The position numbers and the translations under genes were made by a program. A stretch of DNA of 61,648 nt, filler included, from Sphacelaria rigidula (Eukaryota): the NCBI GenBank assembly GCA_964200075.2. It is 6 parts of 6 records of this genome, joined end to end, with 100 filler letters (N's around TTAATTAATTAA, not from the genome) between each part and the next. Parts side by side here need not be neighbours in the genome. Positions count along the whole stretch, not along the records: positions 51,459 to 61,648 come from CAXNAA020006964.1; 5 more parts are not named here. The stretch is one strand, 5' to 3'. Every line of letters starts with the position of its first letter. The first letter of the stretch is position 1. This document shows, piece by piece, positions 60,639-61,648 of this stretch. Under the pieces are notes generated by a model. The model worked only from the letters and a program-made list of their open reading frames with translations. It was not told where the DNA came from and searched no databases.

Positions 60639-60998
60639 GTGTGTGTGCGTGTGTTGTCATCCCATCTATTCTGGACGCCGGTCTGCACCTTTCGGCGTAC
60701 GTGGGCGCACCGGCCGGGGTCACACAGGAGGAAGGCCAACACAGGAGCTTTTTCTTTTTCATTGTTTTAGTCCTCCACCTTCCTTCTGCGGTGCTTGCCT
60801 TTGCTTTTTATCGCAAGAGGGGTTCAGCAGTCCCTTTCCCTCGTCGACCATGAAGTGGAATTTTGTGTACCCACGACATGGTTGCTCTCCACTGTTGGAC
60901 ATTGTGTAAGAAAAAATCCCTGATCGCTCCGAGATTCGAACCCACGACCCAACCGTTAGAAGGTTTCGAGGTTACCAACTGAGAAACCGAGGCGACCG
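60639..60998 (-). mobile_element. tRNA-derived SINE, full-length copy
   Basis: Collinear with 4420-4790 over ~360 bp, including the B box and the (CA)n tail. Confidence 0.85.
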
Positions 60999-61648
60999 GT
61001 GGTATATGCAAGATGATCAATACCCTTCGGCCCGAACAAGCTTAGCAGGATGCAGTTCACCCTTCATGCGACTCGCCGAACACATGACGTCGCTTCGCGC
61101 TTGGTGATTGACTGCAAGCCTGGTCCGGTAAAACCCCGGCGCACTCCATCCCGGCTTTGTAGGAATGCGAGGTCAATGATCAGATGACTATGGCATGCAC
61201 GATCATGAGCATGTGCGCCCCCCACCCCCTTCCTCCCTTAGAGGATAAGGGATGTAAAGATGGGTGCGAGGGAAGTAAAAACGAATCACGGTCATGATCC
61301 AAATTACAGTCTAGGGAAACAGAACGAGATTGATGAAAATCACAATGCCATGGGGCTTTTGCAAGAAGCATATGATACTTCTTGTTTCACGCTGTACATA
61401 CGATTGACTGTTACCGTCGTCGTTATTGTTGTTGTTGTTGTTGAAGTCTAGAGTTAAGAACGAAACTGCGTGTCTCAATCGTTATTCCAAAGCAGTACGG
61501 GCAGACAAACAATATCAACATATAACATGATTTAGAACAACTATCGAAAAGCTGGAACAAACACCCCCCCCCCCCCCCCCCCCCCCCTCTAGGCAAATTC
61601 ACCACGCCCCCGAGCCTACGGACGGCGGGTCGGGAGGTATGAATAGGG

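Overview
Eukaryotic, intron-rich nuclear DNA, most likely from a brown alga (Phaeophyceae). This is inferred from the gene style, the bipartite plastid-targeting N-terminus and the repeat types. The window is not one locus. Five identical 100-nt linkers (44 N + TTAATTAATTAA + 44 N) join six contigs of 10193, 10192, 10191, 10191, 10191 and 10190 bp, which looks like unplaced contigs sorted by size, so nothing should be inferred across the linkers. Host genes, all partial: an adenylate kinase (3 exons, minus), a 9-exon three-domain multicopper oxidase with a C-terminal transmembrane anchor and Val at the T1-copper axial position (minus), a probably plastid-targeted peptide chain release factor 1 (3 exons, minus) head-to-head with a PPR protein (plus), and an orphan coding exon. 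The rest is mostly transposon debris: LINEs, a tRNA-derived SINE family, a chromodomain Ty3/Gypsy with its 3' LTR, several MITE/fold-back families, a ~188-bp satellite, and an unclassified TIR family (possible CACTA-type end) with unrecognised coding remnants. All alignments and splice models were made by eye.
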